Counted from the stretch's first letter, positions 17,619-27,461 are shown. The stretch is DNA of 38,427 bases from Stellaceae bacterium (GCA_035532975.1 DATLUT010000113.1:1-38427); one strand, 5' to 3'. Numbers and translations are program-made. Notes: generated from the letters alone by a model not told the origin.

Positions 17619-19266
17619 TACCCGGGCGCCAGCCTTGCGCCGCGGCGCCGCCGCGGCCGGAACACTGCAGCGCTGGTACTTGCGCGTCGCCGCGCTCGCC
17701 GGCTGGCGCCGCTACGGTCTTGCAGTGCTGCTCGGCGCGCTGGCGGCGGCTGCGCTGCCGCGGGTCAATCTGATGCAGGTCAATCTAACGCCGGTGCTGG
17801 TGGTCTCGTTCGGCGGTCTGGCTTGGCTCGCTGACGGCAATCGCGACGGCCGCGCGGCATTTGCCCTGGGCTGGAGCTTCGGCTTCGGGTTTTTTGCCGC
17901 CGGCCTCTATTGGATCCCCGTCGCGCTTACCGTCGATTGGGCACAGTTCTGGTGGCTCTTCCCGATCGCCGAGCTCGCGATTCCGGCCGGGCTTGCGATC
18001 TTCACCGGCCTTGCGCTGTGGCTCAGCGACTTGGCGGTGCGCCTCTTTCGGCTCTCCGGTACCGGCCGCGTCTGCGCGTTGGCGGTGTCGTGGGCGATCT
18101 TCGAGTATCTGCGCGGTCACGTGCTCACCGGCTTTCCTTGGAACTTGATCGGCTACGCCTGGTCGGGCGGCTTTCCGGGCTCGACCGCGATGCTGCAAAT
18201 CGCCGCCGCCGTGGGCATCTACGGCTTGAGCTTTCTCACCGTGCTGGCGGCCGCGCTGCCGGCGCGGCTTGGTGCGCCGTCGGGCGCTCGGATTGCCCCG
18301 GCTGCGGTGGCGGCGGCGCTGATCGCCGTGGTGGCAGGGTTCGGCACCTGGCGGCTCGCGACGCATCCGCGCGCCGATCTGCCCGGCGTGACGCTGCGGC
18401 TGGTGCAGCCGTCGATTCCGCAGACGCTGTTCAACGATCCGAATTCGCTGGTCGCCGATTTCCGCCTGCTGCTTGCCCTGACGCGGCAGCCCGGCTTCGA
18501 CAAGGTGTCGGCGGTGATCTGGGCGGAGAGCATGGGTCCACCGTTTCTCCATCGCGACGCCGGCGCGCGCGCCGCGCTGGCCGAGGCCGCGCCGCCGAAC
18601 GGCATCGTCATCGCCGGCACGCTGCGCAGCGATCCGCCACCGGCGCCGATCGAGCATTATTGGAACAGCCTCGCGGTCGTGGATCGCGCCGGCAAAATTC
18701 TCGCGACCTACGACAAGCACCATCTGGTGCCTTTTGGTGAATATGTCCCGTTCCGCGGCATCCTACCGATGAACAAGGTCACGCCGGGCACCGTCGATTT
18801 CTCGGCCGGGCCTGGACCGCGCACGATCGATCTGCCCAACCTGCCGCCGGTGAGTCCGCTGATCTGCTACGAGGCGATCTTTCCGGAGCAGGTCGTGCAG
18901 CCGGGTACGCGGCCGCAATGGCTGCTCAACATCACCAACGACGCCTGGTACGGCTTCACCTCGGGCCCGTTCCAGCATTTCGCCATTTCGCGCCTGCGCG
19001 CGGTCGAGCAAGGTCTGCCGCTGGTGCGTGACGGCAACAACGGCATCTCGGCTGTGGTCGATCCGCTCGGTCGCGTGGTCGCGCGGCTCGGTCTCGACGA
19101 TGTCGGCGTGCTGGACGCGCCGTTGCCGCGCGCGTTGGCACCGACTCTTTATGCGCGTTTCGGTGACGCGGGATTTTTTGTCCTCTTGGTCGTCGGCATT
19201 GCCGCCGCGGCCGGCGTCACCGTATTCGAGCGGCGGCATCCGCGGCGGCCGTCGCGACCCCAGTGA
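17611..19266 (+). CDS. lnt: Apolipoprotein N-acyltransferase
   Basis: The start is trimmed to MADTRAPAL... (ATGGCTGA overlap with the corC stop). A polytopic N-terminal half is followed by a CN-hydrolase domain (WAE...YDKHHLVPFGEY...ICYEAIFP). Confidence 0.9.
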   Translation: MADTRAPALRRGAAAAGTLQRWYLRVAALAGWRRYGLAVLLGALAAAALPRVNLMQVNLTPVLVVSFGGLAWLADGNRDGRAAFALGWSFGFGFFAAGLYWIPVALTVDWAQFWWLFPIAELAIPAGLAIFTGLALWLSDLAVRLFRLSGTGRVCALAVSWAIFEYLRGHVLTGFPWNLIGYAWSGGFPGSTAMLQIAAAVGIYGLSFLTVLAAALPARLGAPSGARIAPAAVAAALIAVVAGFGTWRLATHPRADLPGVTLRLVQPSIPQTLFNDPNSLVADFRLLLALTRQPGFDKVSAVIWAESMGPPFLHRDAGARAALAEAAPPNGIVIAGTLRSDPPPAPIEHYWNSLAVVDRAGKILATYDKHHLVPFGEYVPFRGILPMNKVTPGTVDFSAGPGPRTIDLPNLPPVSPLICYEAIFPEQVVQPGTRPQWLLNITNDAWYGFTSGPFQHFAISRLRAVEQGLPLVRDGNNGISAVVDPLGRVVARLGLDDVGVLDAPLPRALAPTLYARFGDAGFFVLLVVGIAAAAGVTVFERRHPRRPSRPQ

Positions 19267-19363
19267 TGGCCGTGCGGGGATCGGATGCCGGGCGGACCGG
19301 TTGACCGCATACCATCGCATGTGATTACTCTATTATTGACCCAGGGGCCGTACACAGGCGTTG

Positions 19364-19855
19364 ATGAGTCCAAATCCCGCCGGCGGCCGCGGCCGCCGCA
19401 GCAAATCCGAACACCCGAATCCGATCGACGTCCATGTCGGCGCGCGCGTCCGGCTGCGGCGCACGTTGCTCGGCATGAGCCAGGAGAAGCTCGGCCAGGC
19501 CATCGGTCTCACCTTCCAGCAGGTGCAGAAATACGAGCGCGGCACCAATCGCATCGGTGCCAGCCGCCTGCACGAGCTGGCACGCGCGCTCGACGTGCCG
19601 GTCGCGTTCTTTTTCGAGGAGATGAACCTCGGCGGCGGCGCGTCTGCGAGCGTCGACGGCGAGGCCAAGGGCCCGCGCGGTCTGAGCGAAGCGGCCGAGG
19701 CCTTTTACGGCAACGAGCCGATCATGCGGCGCGAAACCCTCGAGCTGGTGCGCGCCTATCTCCGCATCAGCGATCCGCAGCTACGCCGTCGCGTCTTCGA
19801 GCTCGCCAAGGCGATCGCCAACGCCTATGCGCCGACGGGCTCGCGGTCGCGTTGA
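19364..19855 (+). CDS. XRE-family helix-turn-helix transcriptional regulator
   Basis: The HTH_3 core is VGARVRLRRTLLGMSQEKLGQAIGLTFQQVQKYERGTNRIGASRLHELARAL. A TTG lies at 19361 and an ATG at 19364. Confidence 0.8.
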   Translation: MSPNPAGGRGRRSKSEHPNPIDVHVGARVRLRRTLLGMSQEKLGQAIGLTFQQVQKYERGTNRIGASRLHELARALDVPVAFFFEEMNLGGGASASVDGEAKGPRGLSEAAEAFYGNEPIMRRETLELVRAYLRISDPQLRRRVFELAKAIANAYAPTGSRSR

Positions 19856-19905
19856 CCGCGCGCGGCGCTTGCCATGCGGCCGCCGTGCCGCGAATCTCTC
19901 TGCCC

Positions 19906-20607
19906 ATGATCGCCGAGACCGATACCGGCGCCGCGCGACGCCGGATCTATGGACGGCGGCGCGGCCGCAAACTGCGCGCTGGCCGCCGTGCCCTGATGGA
20001 CAGGCTGCTGCCGCAGCTGCGCATCGTGCTGCCGGCAACCGACCCGCTCGATCCACAGGCGCTGTTCCCGCTGGCGACCGATCTCTGGCTCGAGATCGGC
20101 TTCGGCGCCGGCGAACATCTCGCGGCGCAGGCGCGCGCCCATCCGGCAATCGGGTTCCTTGGTGCCGAGGTCTTCGAGAACGGCGTCGCCAAACTGGTGG
20201 CGACGATCGGGGGCGAACAGCTGGCGAATATCCGGTTGTTCATCGATGACGCGCGGCTCCTGCTGGCGCGACTGCCGGATCGCAGCCTCGGTCGCGCTTT
20301 CATCCTGTTTCCCGATCCCTGGCCGAAAGAGCGCCATAAGAAGCGCCGGATCGTCGCCGCCGCGACGCTCGATCAACTGGCGCGCACGCTGCGCCCCGGC
20401 GCCGAGTTGCGGCTCGCGACCGACGATCCCGACTACGCCGAATGGATGGCCGCGGCGATCGCCGCCCATCCGGCGTTCGTTGAAGTGGCGCGCGGCGACG
20501 GCGACTGGCCGAGCCGGCCAGCCGACTGGCCGGCCACCCGCTATGAGCAGAAGGCGGTCGCGGCCGGCCGCCAGCCGCGGTTTTTCCGCCTGGCGCGGCG
20601 CGGCTAA
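19906..20607 (+). CDS. trmB: tRNA (guanine46-N7)-methyltransferase
   Basis: This is the C-terminal part of track ORF 19285..20607, starting at MIAETDTG. The motifs EIGFGAGEHL and FPDPWPKERHKKRR are present. Confidence 0.85.
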   Translation: MIAETDTGAARRRIYGRRRGRKLRAGRRALMDRLLPQLRIVLPATDPLDPQALFPLATDLWLEIGFGAGEHLAAQARAHPAIGFLGAEVFENGVAKLVATIGGEQLANIRLFIDDARLLLARLPDRSLGRAFILFPDPWPKERHKKRRIVAAATLDQLARTLRPGAELRLATDDPDYAEWMAAAIAAHPAFVEVARGDGDWPSRPADWPATRYEQKAVAAGRQPRFFRLARRG

Positions 20608-20621
20608 GCCGTCTGCCAGCC

Positions 20622-20649
20622 TTGCGCAAGCGGCGGAATTCCCTATATA
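20622..20649 (+). promoter_or_regulatory. Promoter-like element TTGCGC-16 nt-TATATA
   Basis: Read directly: TTGCGC at 20622-20627 and TATATA at 20644-20649, in the trmB-rimP spacer. Confidence 0.35.
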
Positions 20650-20655
20650 AAGGGC

Positions 20656-20739
20656 GCAATCAACAACAAGAGTCCCATAGCCTCGGCATGCTAGCCGGGG
20701 AGATCGAACGGTGGGCCGTGGGGCCCACTTTTTATTTTT
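20656..20739 (+). ncRNA. Candidate ~85-nt leader RNA or small RNA: CA-rich single-stranded 5' end, one internal hairpin and a terminator hairpin
   Basis: The predicted transcript is GCAAUCAACAACAAGAGUCCCAUAG-[CCUCGGC-AUGCUA-GCCGGGG]-AGAUCGAACG-[GUGGGCC-GUGG-GGCCCAC]-UUUUUAUUUUU. The 5' end is inferred from the -10 element only. Confidence 0.3.
20711..20739 (+). terminator. Rho-independent terminator (7-bp GC stem, 4-nt loop, T5AT5 tail) ending 5 nt before the rimP RBS
   Basis: The sequence is GTGGGCC-GTGG-GGCCCAC followed by TTTTTATTTTT. AAGGAG lies at 20745-20750 and the rimP TTG at 20758. Confidence 0.75.
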
Positions 20740-20757
20740 GGCGCAAGGAGTTCGGCG

Positions 20758-21261
20758 TTGATCGACGCCAAAAGCATCGAAGCTCTGATCGCACCCTCGC
20801 TCGAAGCGCTGGGCTATCGCGTCGTGCGCGCGGTGTTCACCGGCGGCGGAGGGCGCGCGACTCTGCAGGTCATGGCTGAGCGCGCGGACGACACGGCGAT
20901 GTCGGTCGACGACTGCTCGCTGGTCAGCCAGACCGTCTCGGCGCTGCTCGACGTCGCCGATCCGATTCCCGAACCCTACCTGCTCGAGGTCAGTTCACCC
21001 GGGATCGACCGGCCGCTCCTCAGGCGCGAGGACTATGAGCGTTTTGCCGGCTTCGAGGCGAAGGTCGATCTCAACCAGCCGGTCGACGGCCGCCGACGCT
21101 TCCGCGGCCGTCTCGCCGGCCTCGACGGCGACACCGTGAAAATGAACTTGGGCGCCGAAATCGTGCGCCTGCCGCTCGCCAGCGTCACGCGCGCCAAACT
21201 CGTTCTGACCGACGAACTCATCGCCGCCACGGGTCGCAAGGCGCCCAGCGAAGCCATCTGA
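20758..21261 (+). CDS. rimP: Ribosome maturation factor RimP
   Basis: The TTG start has an AAGGAG RBS 7 nt upstream, and no other in-frame start lies upstream (TAG at 20692). The pattern is ...YLLEVSSPGIDRPL...F.G...KV. Confidence 0.85.
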   Translation: MIDAKSIEALIAPSLEALGYRVVRAVFTGGGGRATLQVMAERADDTAMSVDDCSLVSQTVSALLDVADPIPEPYLLEVSSPGIDRPLLRREDYERFAGFEAKVDLNQPVDGRRRFRGRLAGLDGDTVKMNLGAEIVRLPLASVTRAKLVLTDELIAATGRKAPSEAI

Positions 21262-21272
21262 GGAAATCCACC

Positions 21273-22835
21273 ATGGCCGTACAGACCAGCACCCCTTATC
21301 CGCGCCTCGAGCTGCTCCAAGTCGCCGACACCGTCGCGCGCGACAAGGGCATCGATCGCGACGAGGTGCTCCAGGCGATGGAGCAGGCGATCCAGAAGGC
21401 CGGACGCTCGAAATTCGGCCAGGAATACGACATCCGTGCCGAGATCGATCGCAAGAGCGGCGAGATCCGGCTGATGCGCTTTCGCGAGGTCGCCGATCCC
21501 GTGGTCAACGAGGCGACGCAGATCCCGCTCGCCGCCGCGAAGAAGATCAACCCCGAGGCCGAAGTCGGCGACTTCCTCACCGATCCGCTGCCGCCGATCG
21601 ACTTCGGCCGCATCGCCGCGCAGACGGCGAAGCAGGTCATCGTCCAGAAGGTGCGCGACGCCGAGCGCCAGCGCCAATACAACGAGTTCAAAGACCGCGT
21701 CGGCGAGATCGTCAACGGCCTGGTCAAGCGCGTCGAGTTCGGCAACATCGTTGTCGATCTCGGCCGCGCCGAGGCCATCCTGCGCCGCGACGAGCTGCTG
21801 CCGCGTGAGAGCTTCCGCCAGGGCGAGCGGGTCCGCGCCTACATTTACGATGTGCGCCAGGAAGTGCGCGGGCCGCAGATTTTCCTGTCGCGCACGCATC
21901 CGCAATTCATGGCCAAGCTGTTTGCCCAGGAAGTGCCCGAGATCTACGACAGCATCATTGAGATTCGCGCGGTCGCGCGCGATCCGGGGTCGCGCGCCAA
22001 GATCGCGGTGATCTCGAACGACAGCGGCATCGACCCGGTCGGCGCCTGCGTCGGCATGCGCGGCTCGCGCGTGCAGGCGGTGGTGGCCGAGCTCCAGGGC
22101 GAGAAGATCGACATCATTCCCTGGTCGCAGGATCCCGCGACCTTCGTGGTCAACGCCCTGGCGCCGGCCGAAGTCGCCAAGGTGGTGATGGACGAGGAGC
22201 AACGCCGCATCGAGGTCGTGGTGCCCGACGATCAGCTGTCGCTGGCGATCGGCCGGCGTGGCCAGAATGTGCGGCTCGCTTCGCAGCTAACCGGCTGGGA
22301 CATCGACATCCTGACGGAGGCCGAGGAAAGCGAGCGGCGCCAGGAGGAATTCCGCACCCGCACCAAGCTCTTCATCGAAGCGCTCGATGTTGACGACGTC
22401 ATCGCGCACCTCCTGGTGACCGAGGGCTTCACCTCGGTCGAGGACATCGCCTTCGTACCGGTCAACGAGCTGTCGGGTATCGAAGGCTTCGAGGAGGAAG
22501 TCGCCAAGGAACTGCAGCAGCGCGCGCTGAACTTTATCAAACAGCGCGATGAGAAGCACGAGACCCGCCGCAAGGAGCTTGGCGTTGCCGACGACGTGGC
22601 GCAGGTCGAAGGCATGAGCCCGGCGCTGCTGGTGGCGGTCGGCGAGAAAGGCGTCAAGGCGCTCGACGACCTGGCCGATCTCGCCGGCGACGAACTGATC
22701 GAGATCGCGCAGGGCGCCGGCATCAAGCTCGATGCCGACGACGCCAACGCCATCATCATGAAGGCGCGCGCCCACTGGTTCCCGGAAGAGCCGGCCGTAG
22801 ACGCGGCGGCGGCGCCCGCCGCCAAGGCGGACTGA
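21273..22835 (+). CDS. nusA: Transcription termination/antitermination factor NusA
   Basis: S1 and two KH domains are present (RTHPQFMAKLF..EVPEI...GACVGMRGSRVQAVV.EL.GEKIDII.W), followed by a C-terminal acidic repeat region. Confidence 0.95.
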   Translation: MAVQTSTPYPRLELLQVADTVARDKGIDRDEVLQAMEQAIQKAGRSKFGQEYDIRAEIDRKSGEIRLMRFREVADPVVNEATQIPLAAAKKINPEAEVGDFLTDPLPPIDFGRIAAQTAKQVIVQKVRDAERQRQYNEFKDRVGEIVNGLVKRVEFGNIVVDLGRAEAILRRDELLPRESFRQGERVRAYIYDVRQEVRGPQIFLSRTHPQFMAKLFAQEVPEIYDSIIEIRAVARDPGSRAKIAVISNDSGIDPVGACVGMRGSRVQAVVAELQGEKIDIIPWSQDPATFVVNALAPAEVAKVVMDEEQRRIEVVVPDDQLSLAIGRRGQNVRLASQLTGWDIDILTEAEESERRQEEFRTRTKLFIEALDVDDVIAHLLVTEGFTSVEDIAFVPVNELSGIEGFEEEVAKELQQRALNFIKQRDEKHETRRKELGVADDVAQVEGMSPALLVAVGEKGVKALDDLADLAGDELIEIAQGAGIKLDADDANAIIMKARAHWFPEEPAVDAAAAPAAKAD

Positions 22836-22841
22836 CGAGCG

Positions 22842-23525
22842 ATGATCGCGCTGCCCGCCCGTGAATCAAGGACGGCGCCGGGTGCCGGCGTACGCCCCCG
22901 GCATGGCCGCGGCGGCGAGGGCGAAGCGCTGCGCCGCTGCCTCGTCACCGGCGAGAGCCGCGACCGCGGCACCTTGCTGCGCTTTGTCGTCGGCCCCGAC
23001 CGCCACATCGTGCCCGATATCGACGGCCGTTTGCCGGGCCGGGGTTTGTGGTTGACCGCATCCCGCGATATAGTGAAAACGGCCGTGGCGAAGCGGCTTT
23101 TCACGCGAGCGGCGAAGCAAGACGTTGTGGTGGAAGACGGCCTTGACGCACGCGTCGAGGCCCTCCTGGTGCGGCGCTCGATCGAGTGCCTGGGTCTGGC
23201 GCGGCGCGCCGGCCAGGCGGTCGCGGGCTTCACCCAGGTCGAAAAGGCAGTGCGCGACGGGGGCGCTGCGGTTCTGGTCGAGGCGTCCGATGGCGCCGCC
23301 GATGGCCGCGGCAAGCTCACGCGATTGGCGCCCGGGCTGCCGGTGATGGATCGGTTGAGCGCCGCGGAGCTGGGGCACGCTTTTGCGCGCGACCACATGG
23401 TGCATGCGGCGCTGCTCAAGGGGCGGCTGGCGGAGAGTTTCGTTGCGGAGCAGGCCCGCCTGGCAGGCTTCCGCGGCGGCGTGAAGGACGATACGAAGGT
23501 CAAGGTTTTGGAGCGCAATGGCTGA
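22842..23525 (+). CDS. ylxR: YlxR (DUF448) RNA-binding domain fused to an L7Ae/YlxQ-like domain
   Basis: The N-terminal part [41 protein letters not shown] is YlxR-like. The C-terminal part [34 protein letters not shown] is L7Ae-like. Its position between nusA and infB matches the ylxR-ylxQ arrangement of Firmicutes. Confidence 0.8.
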   Translation: MIALPARESRTAPGAGVRPRHGRGGEGEALRRCLVTGESRDRGTLLRFVVGPDRHIVPDIDGRLPGRGLWLTASRDIVKTAVAKRLFTRAAKQDVVVEDGLDARVEALLVRRSIECLGLARRAGQAVAGFTQVEKAVRDGGAAVLVEASDGAADGRGKLTRLAPGLPVMDRLSAAELGHAFARDHMVHAALLKGRLAESFVAEQARLAGFRGGVKDDTKVKVLERNG

Positions 23526-26103
23526 GAATAGCGACGAGAAACGTCCGTTGACGCTGGGCGGACGCCCGAGCAGCAAGCTTGAGCTGCGCAAGCCGATCGA
23601 GACCGGATCGGTGCGGCAGAGCTTCCCGCACGGCCGCTCCAAGACCGTACAGGTCGAGGTCCGCCGCAAGCGCGCCGGGCCCGCGGCGGGCGCGCTGCCC
23701 GAGCGGCAGGAAACGGCGCCGACCGTCGCCAAGGAAGCGCCGAAGCCGTCGGCGCCGGGCTCGCCCGCTCCATCGCCGCGCCGGGGCGTCGTGCTGCCGC
23801 ACGGTCTGACGCCGGAAGAGGCCGCGCGTCGTGCGCGCGCTCTCAAGGGCGCGCTCAAAGCCGAGGAGCAGGCCGCTGCCGAGGCACACGCCGCGGCCGA
23901 ACGCGAGCGGGAGGTTGCCAAAGCGCGCGCCGCCGAGCCGCAGCCGCGGCCGGTCGAGGCGCCGAAAGTCGAACCGCGCACCGCCGATGAAAAACGCGCC
24001 GAGGACCGCAAGGCGGAGCAGGCCGCAGAGCTGTCGCGCCGCGAGGTTGCCAAGCGCGCGGGCGAAGCCGCCGCTGCCAAGGTCGCGGCGCTGTCGGCGG
24101 CTGGTAAAGTCAAGATCGTCGAGGAAGAGGAAGACGACCGCGCGCGCCGCCCCGGCGCCGGGCCGAAACGTCCGGCCATCGCGCCACGTCGCGACGAACC
24201 CAAGCAGCGCAGCAAGCTCACCGTTACGCGCGCTCTCAACCAAGAGGATGAGGAGCGGATACGCAGCGAATCGCAGTTCCGCCGTCAGCGCGAACGCGAG
24301 AAGCTGCGCCTGCAGCAACTCCAGCGGGGCGAAAGCCAGGTCAAGCAGGCACGCGAGGTGGTGGTTCCCGAGACGATCACGGTGCAGGAGCTCGCCAACC
24401 GCATGGCCGAGCAGGGCGCCAAGGTGGTCAAGAAGCTCTTCGACATGGGCGTGATGGCGACGATCAATCAGACCGTCGACGCCGACACCGCCGAGGTGAT
24501 CGCGACCGAGTTCGGCCACAAAGTCCGCCGCGTCTCCGAAGCGGACGTCGAAGAGGGTCTGGTGGGCGAGGCCGATCCCGCCGAGAGCCTCAAGCCGCGG
24601 CCGCCCGTCGTCACCGTCATGGGCCACGTTGATCACGGCAAGACATCGCTTCTGGACGCGCTGCGCGAGACCGACGTCGTCTCGGGCGAGGCCGGCGGGA
24701 TCACCCAGCATATCGGCGCCTATCAGGTGACGCTCAAAAACGGCCAGCGCATCACCTTCATCGATACGCCGGGCCATCAGGCCTTCACGGCGATGCGCGC
24801 GCGCGGCGCGCAGATCACCGACATCGTCGTACTGGTGGTCGCGGCCGACGACGGTATCAAGGAGCAGACGGTCGAAGCCATCCGCCACGCGCGCGAGGCG
24901 AAGGTGCCGATGATCGTCGCCATCAACAAGATAGACAAGCCCGACGCCAAGCCGGAGCGCGTGCGCCAGGATCTGCTGCAGCACGAAGTCGTGCTCGAGC
25001 ACGTGGGCGGCGAGGTGCTCGACGTCGAAGTCTCCGCAACCAAGAAGATCAATCTCGATAAGCTCGAGGAAGCGATCCTGCTGCAGGCCGAAGTGCTCGA
25101 CCTCAAGGCCAATCCCGACCGCGCCGCCGAAGGCACGGTGATCGAGGCCAAGCTCGAGCGCGGCCGCGGCTCGGTCGCGACCGTGCTGATCAAGCGCGGC
25201 ACGCTCAAGACCGGCGACATTTTCGTCGCTGGCGGCGAATGGGGCCGGGTGCGCGCGCTGATCGACGATCGCGGCCAGACCGTGGCGTCCGCCGGGCCGT
25301 CGGCGCCGGTCGAGGTGCTCGGTCTCAACGGCACGCCGCTCGCCGGCGACGACTTCATCGTCGTCGACAGCGAGGCCAAGGCGCGCGATATCACCGAATA
25401 CCGCGTGCGGCTTCGCCGCCAGAAGGCCGCCGCCGCGGCCGGACGCGGCACGCTGGAGCAAATGTTCTCGCAAATCGCCGCCGGCACCGCCAAGGAGCTC
25501 GCGGTCGTGGTCAAGTCCGACGTGCAGGGCTCGCTCGAGGCGATCAACGCCTCGCTCAAGGGCCTCGGTACGGCAGAGGTCGCGGTGCGGGTGCTGCATG
25601 CCGCAGTCGGCGGCATCAACGAGAGCGATGTGATCCTGGCCAAGGCGTCGAACGCCGTGATCATCGGCTTCAACGTCCGCGCCAATCCGCAGGCGCGCGA
25701 CCTGGCGCGGCGCGACGGCGTCGAGATTCGTTACTACTCGATCATCTACGAGGTGATCGAGGACATGAAGGGCGCGCTGTCCGGCCTGCTGGCGCCGGCG
25801 CGGCGCGAGCGCTTCCTCGGCAACGCCCAGATCCGCGAGGTCTTCAACATCAGCAGGGTCGGCAAAGTGGCGGGCTGCATGGTCACCGAAGGGCTGGTGC
25901 GTCGCGGCGCCAAGGTCCGGCTGTTGCGCGACAACGTCGTCATCCACGAGGGTAGCCTCAAGACCCTGAAGCGCTTCAAGGACGAGGTCCGCGAGGTGCG
26001 CGAGGGCACCGAATGCGGCATGGCCTTCGAAAACTATGAGAATGTCGAGAAGGGCGACGTGATCGAGTGCTTCGAAGTCGAAGAGGTCGCCCGCGCGCTC
26101 TAA
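23518..26103 (+). CDS. infB: Translation initiation factor IF-2
   Basis: The G domain [16 protein letters not shown]...DTPGHQAF...NKID is present. The N-terminal region is long, charged and low-complexity. The ATG overlaps the ylxR stop (ATGGCTGA). Confidence 0.95.
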   Translation: MAENSDEKRPLTLGGRPSSKLELRKPIETGSVRQSFPHGRSKTVQVEVRRKRAGPAAGALPERQETAPTVAKEAPKPSAPGSPAPSPRRGVVLPHGLTPEEAARRARALKGALKAEEQAAAEAHAAAEREREVAKARAAEPQPRPVEAPKVEPRTADEKRAEDRKAEQAAELSRREVAKRAGEAAAAKVAALSAAGKVKIVEEEEDDRARRPGAGPKRPAIAPRRDEPKQRSKLTVTRALNQEDEERIRSESQFRRQREREKLRLQQLQRGESQVKQAREVVVPETITVQELANRMAEQGAKVVKKLFDMGVMATINQTVDADTAEVIATEFGHKVRRVSEADVEEGLVGEADPAESLKPRPPVVTVMGHVDHGKTSLLDALRETDVVSGEAGGITQHIGAYQVTLKNGQRITFIDTPGHQAFTAMRARGAQITDIVVLVVAADDGIKEQTVEAIRHAREAKVPMIVAINKIDKPDAKPERVRQDLLQHEVVLEHVGGEVLDVEVSATKKINLDKLEEAILLQAEVLDLKANPDRAAEGTVIEAKLERGRGSVATVLIKRGTLKTGDIFVAGGEWGRVRALIDDRGQTVASAGPSAPVEVLGLNGTPLAGDDFIVVDSEAKARDITEYRVRLRRQKAAAAAGRGTLEQMFSQIAAGTAKELAVVVKSDVQGSLEAINASLKGLGTAEVAVRVLHAAVGGINESDVILAKASNAVIIGFNVRANPQARDLARRDGVEIRYYSIIYEVIEDMKGALSGLLAPARRERFLGNAQIREVFNISRVGKVAGCMVTEGLVRRGAKVRLLRDNVVIHEGSLKTLKRFKDEVREVREGTECGMAFENYENVEKGDVIECFEVEEVARAL

Positions 26104-26131
26104 AGGCGCGCCGCTGATCGCAAGGATCGCG

Positions 26132-26545
26132 ATGTCGAAATCGGAGCAGAATTCCCGGCCGCTGCGGGTCGGCGAGGAGATGCGCCATGCGCTGGCGCGC
26201 ATCTTGGAGCACGGCCTGCACGATCCAGCGCTGGCGGGCATCGCCCTGACCGTCACCGAGGTCCGGGTGTCGCCCGATCTCAAGAACGCCACCGCCTATA
26301 TCGTGCCGCTCGCCGGCGCGCACGTGCCGGAGGTGATGGCGGGCTTGAAGCGCGCCGAGGGTTATCTGCGCCGCGAAATGGCTCAGGCGGTCAAGCTGCG
26401 CCACACGCCGGCGCTGCATTTCACGCTCGACACCTCGTTCGAGCACGCGAGCCACATCGACGCGCTGCTGCGCCGGCCCGAAGTCGCGCGCGATCTCGCG
26501 CCGCCGACCAAGCCCGCGCACAAAAAACCCGGCGATGCGTGCTAG
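26132..26545 (+). CDS. rbfA: Ribosome-binding factor A
   Basis: The pattern is RVGEEMRHALARIL...LTVTEVRVSPDLKNATAY...LRHTPALHF. Confidence 0.9.
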   Translation: MSKSEQNSRPLRVGEEMRHALARILEHGLHDPALAGIALTVTEVRVSPDLKNATAYIVPLAGAHVPEVMAGLKRAEGYLRREMAQAVKLRHTPALHFTLDTSFEHASHIDALLRRPEVARDLAPPTKPAHKKPGDAC

Positions 26546-27461
26546 GCAGGGCGCCGCGGCCATCCACGGCTGGGTCATCCTCGACAAGCCCTTGGGCCTG
26601 ACCTCGGCGCGCGCCGTCGCCGCGGTCAAGCGCGCCTTCAACGCCGCCAAGGCGGGCCATGCCGGCACGCTCGATCCGCTGGCGACGGGCGTGTTGCCGA
26701 TCGCGCTCGGCGAGGCGACCAAGACAGTGCCCTTCGTCGTCGACGACACAAAGGTCTATCGCTTCACCGTGCAGTGGGGCGAAGCGCGCACGACCGACGA
26801 CGCCGAGGGCGCGGTGATCGCAACCAGCGACCGCCGGCCGAGCGAAGCCGAGATCCGGGCCACGCTGCCGCGCTTTATCGGCACGATCAGCCAGCGGCCG
26901 CCGGATTTCTCGGCGATCAAGGTCGCCGGCAAGCGCGCCTATGCGCTGGCGCGGGCGGGAGCCGCGGCCAAGCTCCTCGCCCGGCCGGTCGCGGTGCGGC
27001 GGCTCGACCTGGTAGAGCTGCCCGACCCCGGCCGGGCGGTGTTCGAGGCCGAAGTCGGCCCCGGCACCTATATCCGCAGCCTCGCCCGCGACCTCGGCGA
27101 GGCGCTCGAAACCCGCGGTTTTGTTGCCGATTTGCGGCGGCTTGCGGTCGGCCGCTTTAGCCTCAAACAGGCGATTTCCCTGGATAATCTGGCGGCCCTC
27201 GGGCATAGTCCGGCCGCTTCCGGGCATTTGCTTCCGCTCGAGACGGCGCTGGACGACATCCCGGCGCTCGCCCTGACGGAGGACCAGGCGAAAGCCCTGC
27301 GTTGCGGTCAGGCCGTGACGCCGTTGCGCCCACAAGATCGGGCGTGCCTCTCCCAAATCGGCAACGGCGCTACGATCTGTGCGACGCTGGGCGGCAAGCT
27401 GGTGGCGCTCGCCGAAGTCGCGGCCGGGGGAATTCGCCCCCTGCGTGTGCTGAACACCTGA
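26535..27461 (+). CDS. truB: tRNA pseudouridine(55) synthase
   Basis: The pattern is [13 protein letters not shown]...[16 protein letters not shown], which contains the catalytic Asp motif. It overlaps the rbfA end by 11 nt. Confidence 0.9.
   Translation: MRARQGAAAIHGWVILDKPLGLTSARAVAAVKRAFNAAKAGHAGTLDPLATGVLPIALGEATKTVPFVVDDTKVYRFTVQWGEARTTDDAEGAVIATSDRRPSEAEIRATLPRFIGTISQRPPDFSAIKVAGKRAYALARAGAAAKLLARPVAVRRLDLVELPDPGRAVFEAEVGPGTYIRSLARDLGEALETRGFVADLRRLAVGRFSLKQAISLDNLAALGHSPAASGHLLPLETALDDIPALALTEDQAKALRCGQAVTPLRPQDRACLSQIGNGATICATLGGKLVALAEVAAGGIRPLRVLNT

Noticed and set aside
20650-20740. A possible tRNA gene upstream of rimP, by analogy with E. coli metY.
   Set aside because: I could fold no cloverleaf. 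There is no GGTTCGAATCC-like T-arm and no acceptor-stem pairing. The region folds into two simple hairpins instead, so it is reported as a leader/sRNA candidate.
23500-26292. A 930-aa minus-strand ORF antisense to infB. Similar long antisense or out-of-frame ORFs include 27854..29830 (658 aa, antisense to pnp), 29901..31544, 13844..15493, 32710..34011, 36666..38135, 22232..23773, 21033..22202 and 16554..17612.
   Set aside because: All lie opposite or out of frame to genes with unmistakable conserved motifs. Their translations are Arg/Ala/Gly/Asp-rich and low-complexity with no recognisable domains. They lack RBS-like sequences. This is the standard stop-codon-poor artefact of high-G+C DNA.
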